44,592 bases of DNA from the sequence record MN158212.1; one strand, 5' to 3'. This DNA comes from Escherichia phage BEK1-1. The translations under genes and the position numbers were made by a program. Below the pieces are notes generated by a model that was not told the origin of the DNA, searched no databases, and was given only the letters and a program-made list of their open reading frames with translations. Every line of letters starts with the position of its first letter. Position 1 is the stretch's first letter. Below, piece after piece: positions 27,381-34,786 of the stretch.

Positions 27381-27427
27381 ACTATAACAAAACCCGCCGT
27401 AGCTGGTTATGCAAAAGGTGCTATTTA
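27381..27427 (-). promoter_or_regulatory. box promoter, half-box variant (AAATAGCACCTTTTGCATAA, about 20 nt, TATAGT)
   Basis: Direct reading of the reverse complement. Confidence 0.4.
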
Positions 27428-27681
27428 CCAACCTGAATTGATTTAGACGATTCATGAATCATCTTCTGCCCGTAAAGCTCTTTAGCCTTCTGTAGTGACT
27501 CAATAGAGTCATTAAGATCAGTTAAGTAATCCTTGTGGCCACGCAATCCAGTACAAAGCATCTTCTTTAATGCGTGCTGAGTGGCCGGGTCAGATACGCC
27601 AAACGCATCAAGAACGCGATAAACATCTACTGTTGTTACCGTGCCATCAATGCCAATAATTTCTCGCTCGTACTTGCTCAT
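27421..27681 (-). CDS. hypothetical protein (86 aa)
   Basis: ORF with GAGGA RBS. Confidence 0.4.
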   Translation of the reverse strand: MSKYEREIIGIDGTVTTVDVYRVLDAFGVSDPATQHALKKMLCTGLRGHKDYLTDLNDSIESLQKAKELYGQKMIHESSKSIQVGK

Positions 27682-27873
27682 ATATCAATCCTCGTCACTG
27701 TGCCGCCATGCGTCTTAAGCATGAGGTTTGCGTATTTTTCGTCTACATAGTGCAGGAACATATCAATTCCCCTGCTGCTGAATTTATGTTCGTATATCGT
27801 CACTTAACTTACACTCGTGTGGTTGATGTGGGGATTATACCAGTCAGGATGAATCCCCTTTTAACAATTATTG

Positions 27874-28092
27874 CTATTTGATAACCCCGTACTTAACCGC
27901 GTTGGCGAGGGTAATATACTCCTTAGCCGTCAGCGTTGAGTGAAAGGTGAAGATTCCGGCCTGGATACCCTTAACCAGCGATTCAGTCTTGATCCCTGAA
28001 ATGTTGACGATCCCGAGACCGCCAACAGTGCGAAGAACCACTCCGGAAACCACACAAAACTCCACACCATTACTATTCGTATACACCTGCAT
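27874..28092 (-). CDS. hypothetical protein (about 72 aa)
   Basis: Start at internal ATG (MQVYTNSNG...) after AAGGAG. Confidence 0.4.
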   Translation of the reverse strand: MQVYTNSNGVEFCVVSGVVLRTVGGLGIVNISGIKTESLVKGIQAGIFTFHSTLTAKEYITLANAVKYGVIK

Positions 28093-28105
28093 TATAATTT
28101 CTCCT

Positions 28106-28363
28106 TCATTGCCTCTCCGCCTCTTCCGCCGCAAGGATTAATGCCGCCGCCAGCTTGCGTGCTTGCTCAGGACTGTATTGCATAATCGTCTGACAATCTC
28201 CGCATTCATCCGGGTCGAAATCCAGACATACAACGGGACCTCGATCTCTTTTTGTAATGCTTATCTCAGCTTGGTCTAAGTAAAGATCTTCAATACGAAC
28301 AGCTTCCATATTCATTTCCTCTTTGTTTTCGATTGGGTAATCATAGCTAACTACCCGATCCAT
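28106..28363 (-). CDS. hypothetical acidic protein (85 aa)
   Basis: ORF with box promoter immediately upstream. Confidence 0.4.
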   Translation of the reverse strand: MDRVVSYDYPIENKEEMNMEAVRIEDLYLDQAEISITKRDRGPVVCLDFDPDECGDCQTIMQYSPEQARKLAAALILAAEEAERQ

Positions 28364-28385
28364 TGTTTAGCAATTCGTGCTATTC
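28340..28385 (-). promoter_or_regulatory. box promoter (AATAGCACGAATTGCTAAA, 20 nt, TATGAT, leader ACCCAATCGAAAACA)
   Basis: Direct reading; the box overlaps the TAG stop of the upstream gene. Confidence 0.55.
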
Positions 28386-28904
28386 GCCGATAATAAGCGA
28401 TTTAGCTTTCCGGTAGAAATCGACAGCCCTCTCCACCTCTTCCTCATTGTACCGCAAGTGGTATGGTAGTCTACTAGCGTGCTCACCTTCGTAAGTTTTG
28501 AAGTTAGGTTGCCAGTACTCATCAATGATAGCTGGGTGGACGTAAATCTTATCCCCAATGAGGAAAACTAGATTCATTTCCTCTAGATCAGGGATTAGTT
28601 CGTCCTTAATGCGAGCTATGATATCAAGGCATCCTACGAACGGCTTAATCTTTCGAGCCTCCTCGTGTACAGACTTGACACCCACCACTCCCCTTCCGTT
28701 TCTTGCCATCTTCCTGATCAGCTTAATCAGAACTCCCAGCGCTTCATCTCTGTAGACTTCCGATGCATCAGGCTGGCCCCATAGGTGCTGAACATGCCGA
28801 TAACCGTTAGCATTGATTGCAACCCGCAGTGGCGGTAGCCCATCCTGGATAGCAATATTCATAATCTGCTCGTCCGTCAGTTTCTCTTCATCGAAATTAA
28901 ACAT
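28380..28904 (-). CDS. hypothetical protein (174 aa), short paralogue of the 527-aa P-loop protein
   Basis: N-terminus MFNFDEEKLTDEQIMNIAIQDGLPPLRVAINANGYR and C-terminus ...NGRGVVGVKSVHEEARKIKPF...LIGDKIYVHP align with the ends of ORF 31388..32971. Confidence 0.5.
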   Translation of the reverse strand: MFNFDEEKLTDEQIMNIAIQDGLPPLRVAINANGYRHVQHLWGQPDASEVYRDEALGVLIKLIRKMARNGRGVVGVKSVHEEARKIKPFVGCLDIIARIKDELIPDLEEMNLVFLIGDKIYVHPAIIDEYWQPNFKTYEGEHASRLPYHLRYNEEEVERAVDFYRKAKSLIIGE

Positions 28905-29452
28905 CAGTTAGTCTCCTTAATCATTTCATAGTAACGGGCCAGGGCAATGAGAGCGCCTTCTTTCTGCTCGCCTTGCAGGTCGATAACGTTAGGTGTGATC
29001 TTGAGTAACCGAGCCTTGAACCTTTCAATGATGGCGGCCTCCTTCTCTGCTTCCTGCTTCTTCTTCTCACGATTTCCAGTCCAGTGAGCGCCGTTCTCAA
29101 TATAGATTACCAGGTATTTATCAGCACCATCGCCGTCGAAATTACCCGGCCTGGTTTGCTCGCCTTCATCGTCAATCCAGATGAACTTGTAGCGCGCTCG
29201 CTTGTTGGCGTCTCGTAGTTCAGTCATTCGCGATACGGTATTGTAGATGTACGAGTTCTTGAGTTCAGGCATCGACCTGTCTGCCAGGTTTAGGATCTCG
29301 TCAGTCTCTTCGTCATACTCCATTTCGGGATATGGCTTGCCGCGAACAAGTTTGAATATCTGGCTTACCGGAACTTTGAACTCGCCGTTCTCAGACGCCA
29401 TTGCGTTACGGACCATCTCACGGATAACTTCGCCAAGTGTTAATTTCTGCAT
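28904..29452 (-). CDS. hypothetical protein (182 aa)
   Basis: First gene leftward of divergent control region B. Confidence 0.4.
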   Translation of the reverse strand: MQKLTLGEVIREMVRNAMASENGEFKVPVSQIFKLVRGKPYPEMEYDEETDEILNLADRSMPELKNSYIYNTVSRMTELRDANKRARYKFIWIDDEGEQTRPGNFDGDGADKYLVIYIENGAHWTGNREKKKQEAEKEAAIIERFKARLLKITPNVIDLQGEQKEGALIALARYYEMIKETN

Positions 29453-29731
29453 GTTGATACCTCGTTTCGTTTACTTCGTTTCAGTGATTGCCATCTTGCC
29501 ACTTGTTTACGTGTCGGTCAACGTATTTTTATGTCTATTTCATCGCGGATACGTTTTTCGGCCTCCAAGTTAGCGTCAGCACTGGTTGTAAACGTGCCGT
29601 ATCCCCTGTGTACAGTTTTGTAGGGTACTTTCCTATATATGTGCCTTTTTATTCCTACAATGTCATCCCATTCTGACAAGTGTCAGAATATCTGCACGGA
29701 ACATATCAACTATTGCCTCCGTGAGCGGTAT

Positions 29732-29797
29732 ACACAGTATACATATATATAATAATAATAATAATAATAAAGTAAAAGGTTGATATATATAGATATT
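29732..29797. repeat. AT-rich element copy 2: ACACAGTA-(ATA)n-TAAAAGGTTGATATATATAGATATT
   Basis: Near-identical to 2928..2985, with a longer ATA run. Confidence 0.7.
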
Positions 29798-29983
29798 ATA
29801 TTGTATATCGTGTGTATATCTCGCGTAAAAACGTAGGTTAGTGGTCACTAACTTTTGTGACGACACTGAGTATACGGAGGATACGCGTATATCGATGAGA
29901 ACCTTACCGATTGGTAAAAAATCAACTTGTATGGTAGTCCATCCATCTTTCATTCACTCACTCACCACTTTATTTTACTTTTC

Positions 29984-30069
29984 GCAACAATCAAAGACAT
30001 CATTGCATCTGAAGCAATATTGCTGTATATGCAATAATCATGTGAATCATTGCAATATCTGCAACAATC
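29984..30069. repeat. iteron-like cluster (GCAACAATC x2, ATCATTGCA x2, palindrome GCAATATTGC)
   Basis: Direct reading of gcaacaatcaaagacatcattgcatctgaagcaatattgctgtatatgcaataatcatgtgaatcattgcaatatctgcaacaatcc. Confidence 0.5.
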
Positions 30070-30085
30070 CATAAATCTGACGAAT

Positions 30086-30129
30086 GGCACTTTTTGCTAA
30101 AGACACTGGAGGTCATGGAGGATATAGTT
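30086..30129 (+). promoter_or_regulatory. box promoter, half-box variant (CACTTTTTGCTAAA, about 20 nt, TATAGT, leader AACTCATCAAAACGAGG)
   Basis: Direct reading. Confidence 0.45.
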
Positions 30130-30154
30130 AACTCATCAAAACGAGGAGATAGAA

Positions 30155-30334
30155 ATGAAGATTGATAAAGATGAACTTCGTAACGAATGCGCACTGATTG
30201 GGCTTAATGAAGATTACACGAAACTTGTGGTGCGCGGAAAGTTAGACATTGACTTGGCTAAGCAATTCCAGTCAGAAGATGAATTCATGTGCTGTGATGG
30301 GCTTGGCTGCGCAGAATGTTTACCATTTATTTGA
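30155..30334 (+). CDS. hypothetical Cys-rich small protein (59 aa)
   Basis: Below the track cutoff; GAGGAG RBS; C-terminal CCDGLGCAEC cluster. Confidence 0.4.
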   Translation: MKIDKDELRNECALIGLNEDYTKLVVRGKLDIDLAKQFQSEDEFMCCDGLGCAECLPFI

Positions 30335-30344
30335 GGATTGAGAC

Positions 30345-30584
30345 ATGAAAACTCGCTGTACCAATTGCATTACAAGTACCGGCAAGAAGGTATTAACTCC
30401 ATTCGTTAAAGGCTCTGTATACGACGCTGAGCCGCTAATCATTAACGGTAAGGCAATCCCGAACGAATGGTTGATTAATGGCGCTGAGAGACCGCACAAG
30501 CACGATTCTGGATGGATTGCTATCGCTGGCTGGAAGGTTGGGATGTTTATTCCTGGGATTGCAACTTTTGACGAGGTGAAGTGA
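30345..30584 (+). CDS. hypothetical protein (79 aa)
   Basis: ORF with RBS-like GAGG; second gene of the rightward early operon. Confidence 0.4.
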   Translation: MKTRCTNCITSTGKKVLTPFVKGSVYDAEPLIINGKAIPNEWLINGAERPHKHDSGWIAIAGWKVGMFIPGIATFDEVK

Positions 30585-30745
30585 TGCTGCTGCCATCTGA
30601 GATAAATTATTTCGATCTTGAAGTCATAAGCGCATACAGCTGGAAGGGTTGGCCTTGCGGGGACTGGTTTCGCGAAGACTTACTTGAGAGTCATGAAATT
30701 ATGCTCAAGGCCATAGAAAAAGCACGAAATAGCACTAATTGCTAA
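30584..30745 (+). CDS. hypothetical protein (53 aa)
   Basis: ATG overlaps the upstream stop (TGATG); 3' end AAT AGC ACT AAT TGC TAA coincides with the box. Confidence 0.35.
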   Translation: MLLPSEINYFDLEVISAYSWKGWPCGDWFREDLLESHEIMLKAIEKARNSTNC

Positions 30746-30772
30746 ACACTGATCGCAAGGATGCGGTATTAT
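30727..30772 (+). promoter_or_regulatory. box promoter (AAATAGCACTAATTGCTAAA, 20 nt, TATTAT)
   Basis: Box and spacer nearly identical to the cor promoter (CACTGATCGCAAGGATGCG). Confidence 0.5.
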
Positions 30773-30798
30773 CTTTACATCAAAACGGGAGATAAGAA

Positions 30799-30963
30799 AT
30801 GTTCGACAACTTTCATGACGCGATAGAAGAGGCATTGTACCGCGCGTCACTTGATGGGAAGATTTACGGTTTAGTTCAGAAGGTTGACAAGATTGTTGTG
30901 CGAATCGTGCGCAAATCAGTACCTAACAAATTCATGTGGACAACTAAGAGAGTAACAAAATGA
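30799..30963 (+). CDS. hypothetical protein (54 aa)
   Basis: GGGAG RBS; below the track cutoff. Confidence 0.35.
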   Translation: MFDNFHDAIEEALYRASLDGKIYGLVQKVDKIVVRIVRKSVPNKFMWTTKRVTK

Positions 30964-31313
30964 CCAATACGATTACCAAAAACTGGATCAGCAACGAAAA
31001 TGTACTCTATAAAGCTCGCGTTAAAGATGGAGTAGAGCAAATCAAGAAAGATGGAAAATGGATTAACCTTGAAGAGCGCGGCAAGTACATCAAGACAAAG
31101 ACAATTTACTGCACAAATGTTAATCATCGCTCATCCATTCGTAAATACTTCACTGAAGGGAAGAGGTATCAAGTAGATCTCCATGCTGGACTTGGTCAGT
31201 TCGCTGGATACATTTACGATAAAGAGGGCAGCGCATGGCAGGTATATCGTGACGAAGATGTTGGCTTTGTTACAGTTTGCGGCGACTACCGCTTTGAGGC
31301 TCAATACCGATAA
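30960..31313 (+). CDS. hypothetical protein (117 aa)
   Basis: ATGA overlap with the upstream gene. Confidence 0.4.
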   Translation: MTNTITKNWISNENVLYKARVKDGVEQIKKDGKWINLEERGKYIKTKTIYCTNVNHRSSIRKYFTEGKRYQVDLHAGLGQFAGYIYDKEGSAWQVYRDEDVGFVTVCGDYRFEAQYR

Positions 31314-31387
31314 TAAGCACAAATTGACAATGAATTATAAGCGGCCGTTGATATAATGGCCGCTCAGAAACAATACGGAGACAAGTA

Positions 31388-32971
31388 ATGTTCGATTTCA
31401 ACGAAGATAAACTATCTGTTGAACAGGTTATGGCAATTGCTGCCGCAGAAAACCTCCCGCCCCTGCGCGTCGCCATTAATGCTAATGGCTATCGCCAGTC
31501 CCAGTCATTCTGGAAAGCACCAGTCGAGATTGATGCAGCTAATGACAAGTATCCAGTAATCTCACTAGGTAATGACATTGATGTTGTTGGTAAGCTGTCA
31601 GCTAATATTGCCCGATCTGTTCAGTTCCCTGAGTCGTCAGCTTACATGCACTTCCTGGGGTGTATTTCCGCTGCAATGCTGGGTCGATTTACTGTTGAGT
31701 ATCACGGAACGCAGCAACCGACTTCGCTTTACGTCGTAACAAGCCAGCCACCATCCACTGGTAAATCAGCCATTAACTCGCTATCGATTGCTCCAATGAT
31801 TGCTGAGACTCAGCGACTAAATGAAGTTAGAAAGCGTGAGCGCAAGAAAATTATGGCAAAACTATCTGCATTATCGAAAGAGATGAAACAGGAAAAATCT
31901 CCGTCAGAGATGGCCTCTCTTTTTGAGGAGAAGGAGGAGTTGGAGGAAAAACTCGAGAAACTATGCGATATCGTTTTCCCAGTATCAGATACCACACCAG
32001 AAGGTCTGGCCCGAATCAACAACCGCCAGGGCAACTTTGCTGTAATCTCTGATGAGGCAACGAGTGTAAACTCACTACTTGGCATGACCTATGGTGACGG
32101 CTCAAAGAAAACGAACAGCGAACTGGTACTGAAGGCATGGGATGCTGGTAACGTATCTATCGCTCGCGCTAACGCTGAAAACAACATGAGTTTTGTTGCT
32201 ATGGGTTGCATCTCTGTAATTGCGCAGGATGAGACAATCAACGCTATCATGAACGCTGGCGCGCGTGGTATCGGTGTATCTGAGCGTTTCCTGCTTGTAC
32301 GTGAAAAGTCATTCCTTGGCGAGCGTGTATTCGTTGATGAAAATGGCGAATCGACTTATGAACCAATTGATGCCGGGTTGAAGGCTGATTACTTCCGTTT
32401 AGTTCACGAAATCATGAATGAGCAAGATGTAAAGTTGACGGTGAGCAACTCAGCGATGAAATATCTCAACCGTGCACGTCAGGAAATGGAGCCTCATCTT
32501 GCTGACGGCGGTAAGTATTCCCACACAATGTTGCGCGGCGCGCTGGGTAAGTTCGATAAACAGGCTATAAGGATTGCAGCCGTTCTTCACACAGTTCGCA
32601 ACTGGTTCAACCCTAACGGTGGGAGTCCACAGAAGTCCAGAGAAATCGAGCTCGACACCATGCAAGAGGCTGTGATTATGTTCCAGGAACTGAGTAAGAC
32701 TTATTTGTCATCTGCCAACGCTGCGGGTCACGCTGGCGACAATGCAGAGATGAATAAGCTGATTGATATCCTGATTAAGCAAGGCAAAAACGGGAAAGGA
32801 GTAGTAGGTATTCGTTCGCTATATGAAGCGGCTCGCAAGGTTAAGCCATTCGAGGCTCAGGCTGGAGTGATGACGAAGATTAAAGATCACCTGCTGCCAA
32901 TGCTTGATGAGAAAAACTATACGTGCCTGATTGGTGATAAGGTTTACATTAATCCGCGACTTCTGGGGTGA
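31388..32971 (+). CDS. P-loop NTPase-like protein (527 aa), long paralogue of ORF 28380..28904
   Basis: Walker-A-like ...TSQPPSTGKSAI..., Walker-B-like ...FAVISDEAT... about 100 aa later; N- and C-terminal about 45 and 65 aa match the 174-aa protein. Confidence 0.5.
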   Translation: MFDFNEDKLSVEQVMAIAAAENLPPLRVAINANGYRQSQSFWKAPVEIDAANDKYPVISLGNDIDVVGKLSANIARSVQFPESSAYMHFLGCISAAMLGRFTVEYHGTQQPTSLYVVTSQPPSTGKSAINSLSIAPMIAETQRLNEVRKRERKKIMAKLSALSKEMKQEKSPSEMASLFEEKEELEEKLEKLCDIVFPVSDTTPEGLARINNRQGNFAVISDEATSVNSLLGMTYGDGSKKTNSELVLKAWDAGNVSIARANAENNMSFVAMGCISVIAQDETINAIMNAGARGIGVSERFLLVREKSFLGERVFVDENGESTYEPIDAGLKADYFRLVHEIMNEQDVKLTVSNSAMKYLNRARQEMEPHLADGGKYSHTMLRGALGKFDKQAIRIAAVLHTVRNWFNPNGGSPQKSREIELDTMQEAVIMFQELSKTYLSSANAAGHAGDNAEMNKLIDILIKQGKNGKGVVGIRSLYEAARKVKPFEAQAGVMTKIKDHLLPMLDEKNYTCLIGDKVYINPRLLG

Positions 32972-32974
32972 TGA

Positions 32975-33310
32975 ATGTTCATTTTGGATTTATACCGCTT
33001 CTGTGAGTCGTATTCATACTTTACGCGTCAGCATTTGGCGCGATTCATCTACCAACATAAGGACTCCCAGAGATTCAGTAAAGCGGCGGGGTTATCTCAT
33101 AGAGAGTTTTGCAGCGCGGCTTCAAAGGAGTTTTGCGCAAAGATGTTAACTGCTGGATACATTGATGGTAAGTGTGGTGAGTTTGTTAGCAAGGGGAGTT
33201 TGAAAAGGCCATTTGATTTCAACTTCGAGGCGCTTGGCGGGTATCAGAGCAAGTACATAAAGGAGATGATGAATATAGGAACAATGACTGACGATGAGTT
33301 ATTTGGGTAA
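32975..33310 (+). CDS. hypothetical protein (111 aa)
   Basis: ORF directly after the P-loop gene; followed by a terminator. Confidence 0.4.
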   Translation: MFILDLYRFCESYSYFTRQHLARFIYQHKDSQRFSKAAGLSHREFCSAASKEFCAKMLTAGYIDGKCGEFVSKGSLKRPFDFNFEALGGYQSKYIKEMMNIGTMTDDELFG

Positions 33311-33315
33311 AAATA

Positions 33316-33338
33316 TAGCCTCCATTAGGAGGCTTTTT
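33316..33338. terminator. bidirectional intrinsic terminator between convergent genes
   Basis: AGCCTCC-ATTA-GGAGGCT followed by TTTTTTACG; A/T run on the other strand. Confidence 0.7.
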
Positions 33339-33714
33339 TACGCCTTAAGATTAAGGTCAGGAGAATCAGAACAAGCAACCCCATAGCTCCTGTTCCAACC
33401 CACGGAAGCGCTGATGATTCGTTATTGGTAATTTCAATCTTTTCGGCAGTGATTGTTGAGGCCTTAATCGAATTGTCGGCAGTCTTTTTTCCGCTCGAGC
33501 TATCCAGAGAGCCTACGCTAGAATCCTTAACGGAAGCATCGCTGGAGTTACTGGAGTCAACCCTGTTCGTTAACCCGACACCAACCTTATTGTTCTCTGC
33601 ACCAGCTTGAGCGCTAATCTCTGGCTTACTGCCAATTAAACCAGTCAGCGCAGATGTTGCTGAACATCCAGATAAAGCTACGCACATTACTAACGCTGCA
33701 ATCCGCTTAAGCAT
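33325..33714 (-). CDS. unimolecular spanin (u-spanin, T1 gp11-type)
   Basis: N-terminal lipoprotein signal with lipobox LSGC and C-terminal transmembrane helix plus RRKKAS; Ser-rich middle; overlaps the endolysin gene end. Confidence 0.65.
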   Translation of the reverse strand: MLKRIAALVMCVALSGCSATSALTGLIGSKPEISAQAGAENNKVGVGLTNRVDSSNSSDASVKDSSVGSLDSSSGKKTADNSIKASTITAEKIEITNNESSALPWVGTGAMGLLVLILLTLILRRKKAS

Positions 33715-34175
33715 AACTTAATCTCCTCATTCCTGCGGTTTACCAAGCCCTTAACCACAACCCTCTTGCCATTAACGGTGGCTTTATTCCACATCCCGAG
33801 AGCCTTGCAGCCCTGCTCAATCTTACCCTGGTTAATTAACTTAACGGCAGTGGATCTCCTCATTGCAGAGCCACCAACATTATAGCTAAAGCTGATTAAC
33901 GCAGCTCTTGTCTGCGGTGCTATGGGGTAGGTAACCGCATCCTGAACATACTTAGCATGAATCTGGATGTGCTTCTCCAGCAGATTGCGGCACTCCCTGT
34001 TGCTGTATGTTTTACCCCAGACCACATCTGGACCGGTAATACCTGAACAAACTGTAGGTATTCCGGCAATGTCCATGTACGGCTTGTTCTCCACGCCCTC
34101 AACGAGCTCAATAAGCGGCGCTGCGATGTATATTGCTGCAGCCGTAGCCGAGCTAATTAGCAGCTTCTGCTTCAT
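33690..34175 (-). CDS. SAR endolysin (T4-type lysozyme fold, GH24-like)
   Basis: N-terminal weakly hydrophobic segment LLISSATAAAIYIAAPLI followed by E-x8-D-x5-T (E..VENKPYMD.IAGIPT). Confidence 0.7.
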   Translation of the reverse strand: MKQKLLISSATAAAIYIAAPLIELVEGVENKPYMDIAGIPTVCSGITGPDVVWGKTYSNRECRNLLEKHIQIHAKYVQDAVTYPIAPQTRAALISFSYNVGGSAMRRSTAVKLINQGKIEQGCKALGMWNKATVNGKRVVVKGLVNRRNEEIKLCLSGLQR

Positions 34176-34391
34176 TTACTTGCTCCTTATATTGATTGCT
34201 GTTTTCAAGTCTCCCGATTCAAGAGCCCGCCTGATAGCTTGACTATCCTTATACTTCCAGTAAGCACCCCAAACTCCAAAAATGATTAGAGCGATAAGGC
34301 TGATTATTGCTATAGTCATTTGACCAGTTGCTGCGCCAGTTACCGCAGCACCTCCTGTTGATGCCGTAGCGGCGTTAATTACTTCCCTCAT
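34176..34391 (-). CDS. holin (pinholin-like, two hydrophobic segments)
   Basis: Start at internal ATG (MREVIN...) after GGTGGA; Gly/Ala-rich first segment then AIISLIALIIFGVWGAYW; immediately upstream of the endolysin. Confidence 0.55.
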   Translation of the reverse strand: MREVINAATASTGGAAVTGAATGQMTIAIISLIALIIFGVWGAYWKYKDSQAIRRALESGDLKTAINIRSK

Positions 34392-34467
34392 GTGATCCAC
34401 CTTTATGTATTTGTCAATGTTTAAGTTAATAAAAGAATGATACATTAGCACCGCTCGGAAAAGAAGC

Positions 34468-34495
34468 ATAAAAAAAGGGAGCCAAAAGGCTCCCC
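34468..34495 (-). terminator. intrinsic terminator upstream of the lysis cassette
   Basis: Minus strand GGGAGCC-TTTT-GGCTCCC followed by TTTTTTTATGC. Confidence 0.7.
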
Positions 34496-34521
34496 GCTTG
34501 TAACACTATGTTTTAGATACA

Positions 34522-34698
34522 CTAGTCAGCGATAATAAATTCAACTAACGAGCCATCAATCGGCGCTAAAATGTGCGTCATATCGTCGCCATAAATCTTG
34601 TAGTATCCATCGCCCTGGTACTCTGCGTTGTACGGCTGGTTAACTGTAAATGGCAGTGTCTTGGAATTGTTTTTGGTGCAATAAATCATTTTAGTCAT
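34522..34698 (-). CDS. hypothetical protein (58 aa)
   Basis: Below the track cutoff; RBS GAGGAAACACAAAATG; box promoter upstream. Confidence 0.35.
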   Translation of the reverse strand: MTKMIYCTKNNSKTLPFTVNQPYNAEYQGDGYYKIYGDDMTHILAPIDGSLVEFIIAD

Positions 34699-34739
34699 TT
34701 TGTGTTTCCTCGTTTAGTTTATCTCGTTTCGATGTGGTG

Positions 34740-34786
34740 ATTATGCCGCATTTCTACGGCATTAGTTAGGCAAAAAGTGCTATTTA
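34740..34786 (-). promoter_or_regulatory. box promoter, half-box variant (AAATAGCAC..., 20 nt, CATAAT, leader ACCACATCGAAACGAG)
   Basis: Direct reading of the reverse complement. Confidence 0.45.

Noticed and set aside
27690-27790. 26-codon ORF overlapping the start of ORF 27421..27681
   Set aside because: Too short, no clear RBS, and it lies in the probable leader of the downstream gene.
29663-30074. Track ORFs 29663..29953 (minus) and 29841..30074 (plus) inside hub B
   Set aside because: They run through the ATA microsatellite and iteron repeats (giving LLLLLL or Cys/Asn-rich low-complexity products), lack an RBS, and overlap conserved non-coding elements; treated as non-coding.
31324-31357. 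TTGACA ... TATAAT as a standard sigma70 promoter for the P-loop gene
   Set aside because: The spacer is about 22 nt, outside the 16-19 nt range; kept only as a structural observation (finding on the hairpin).
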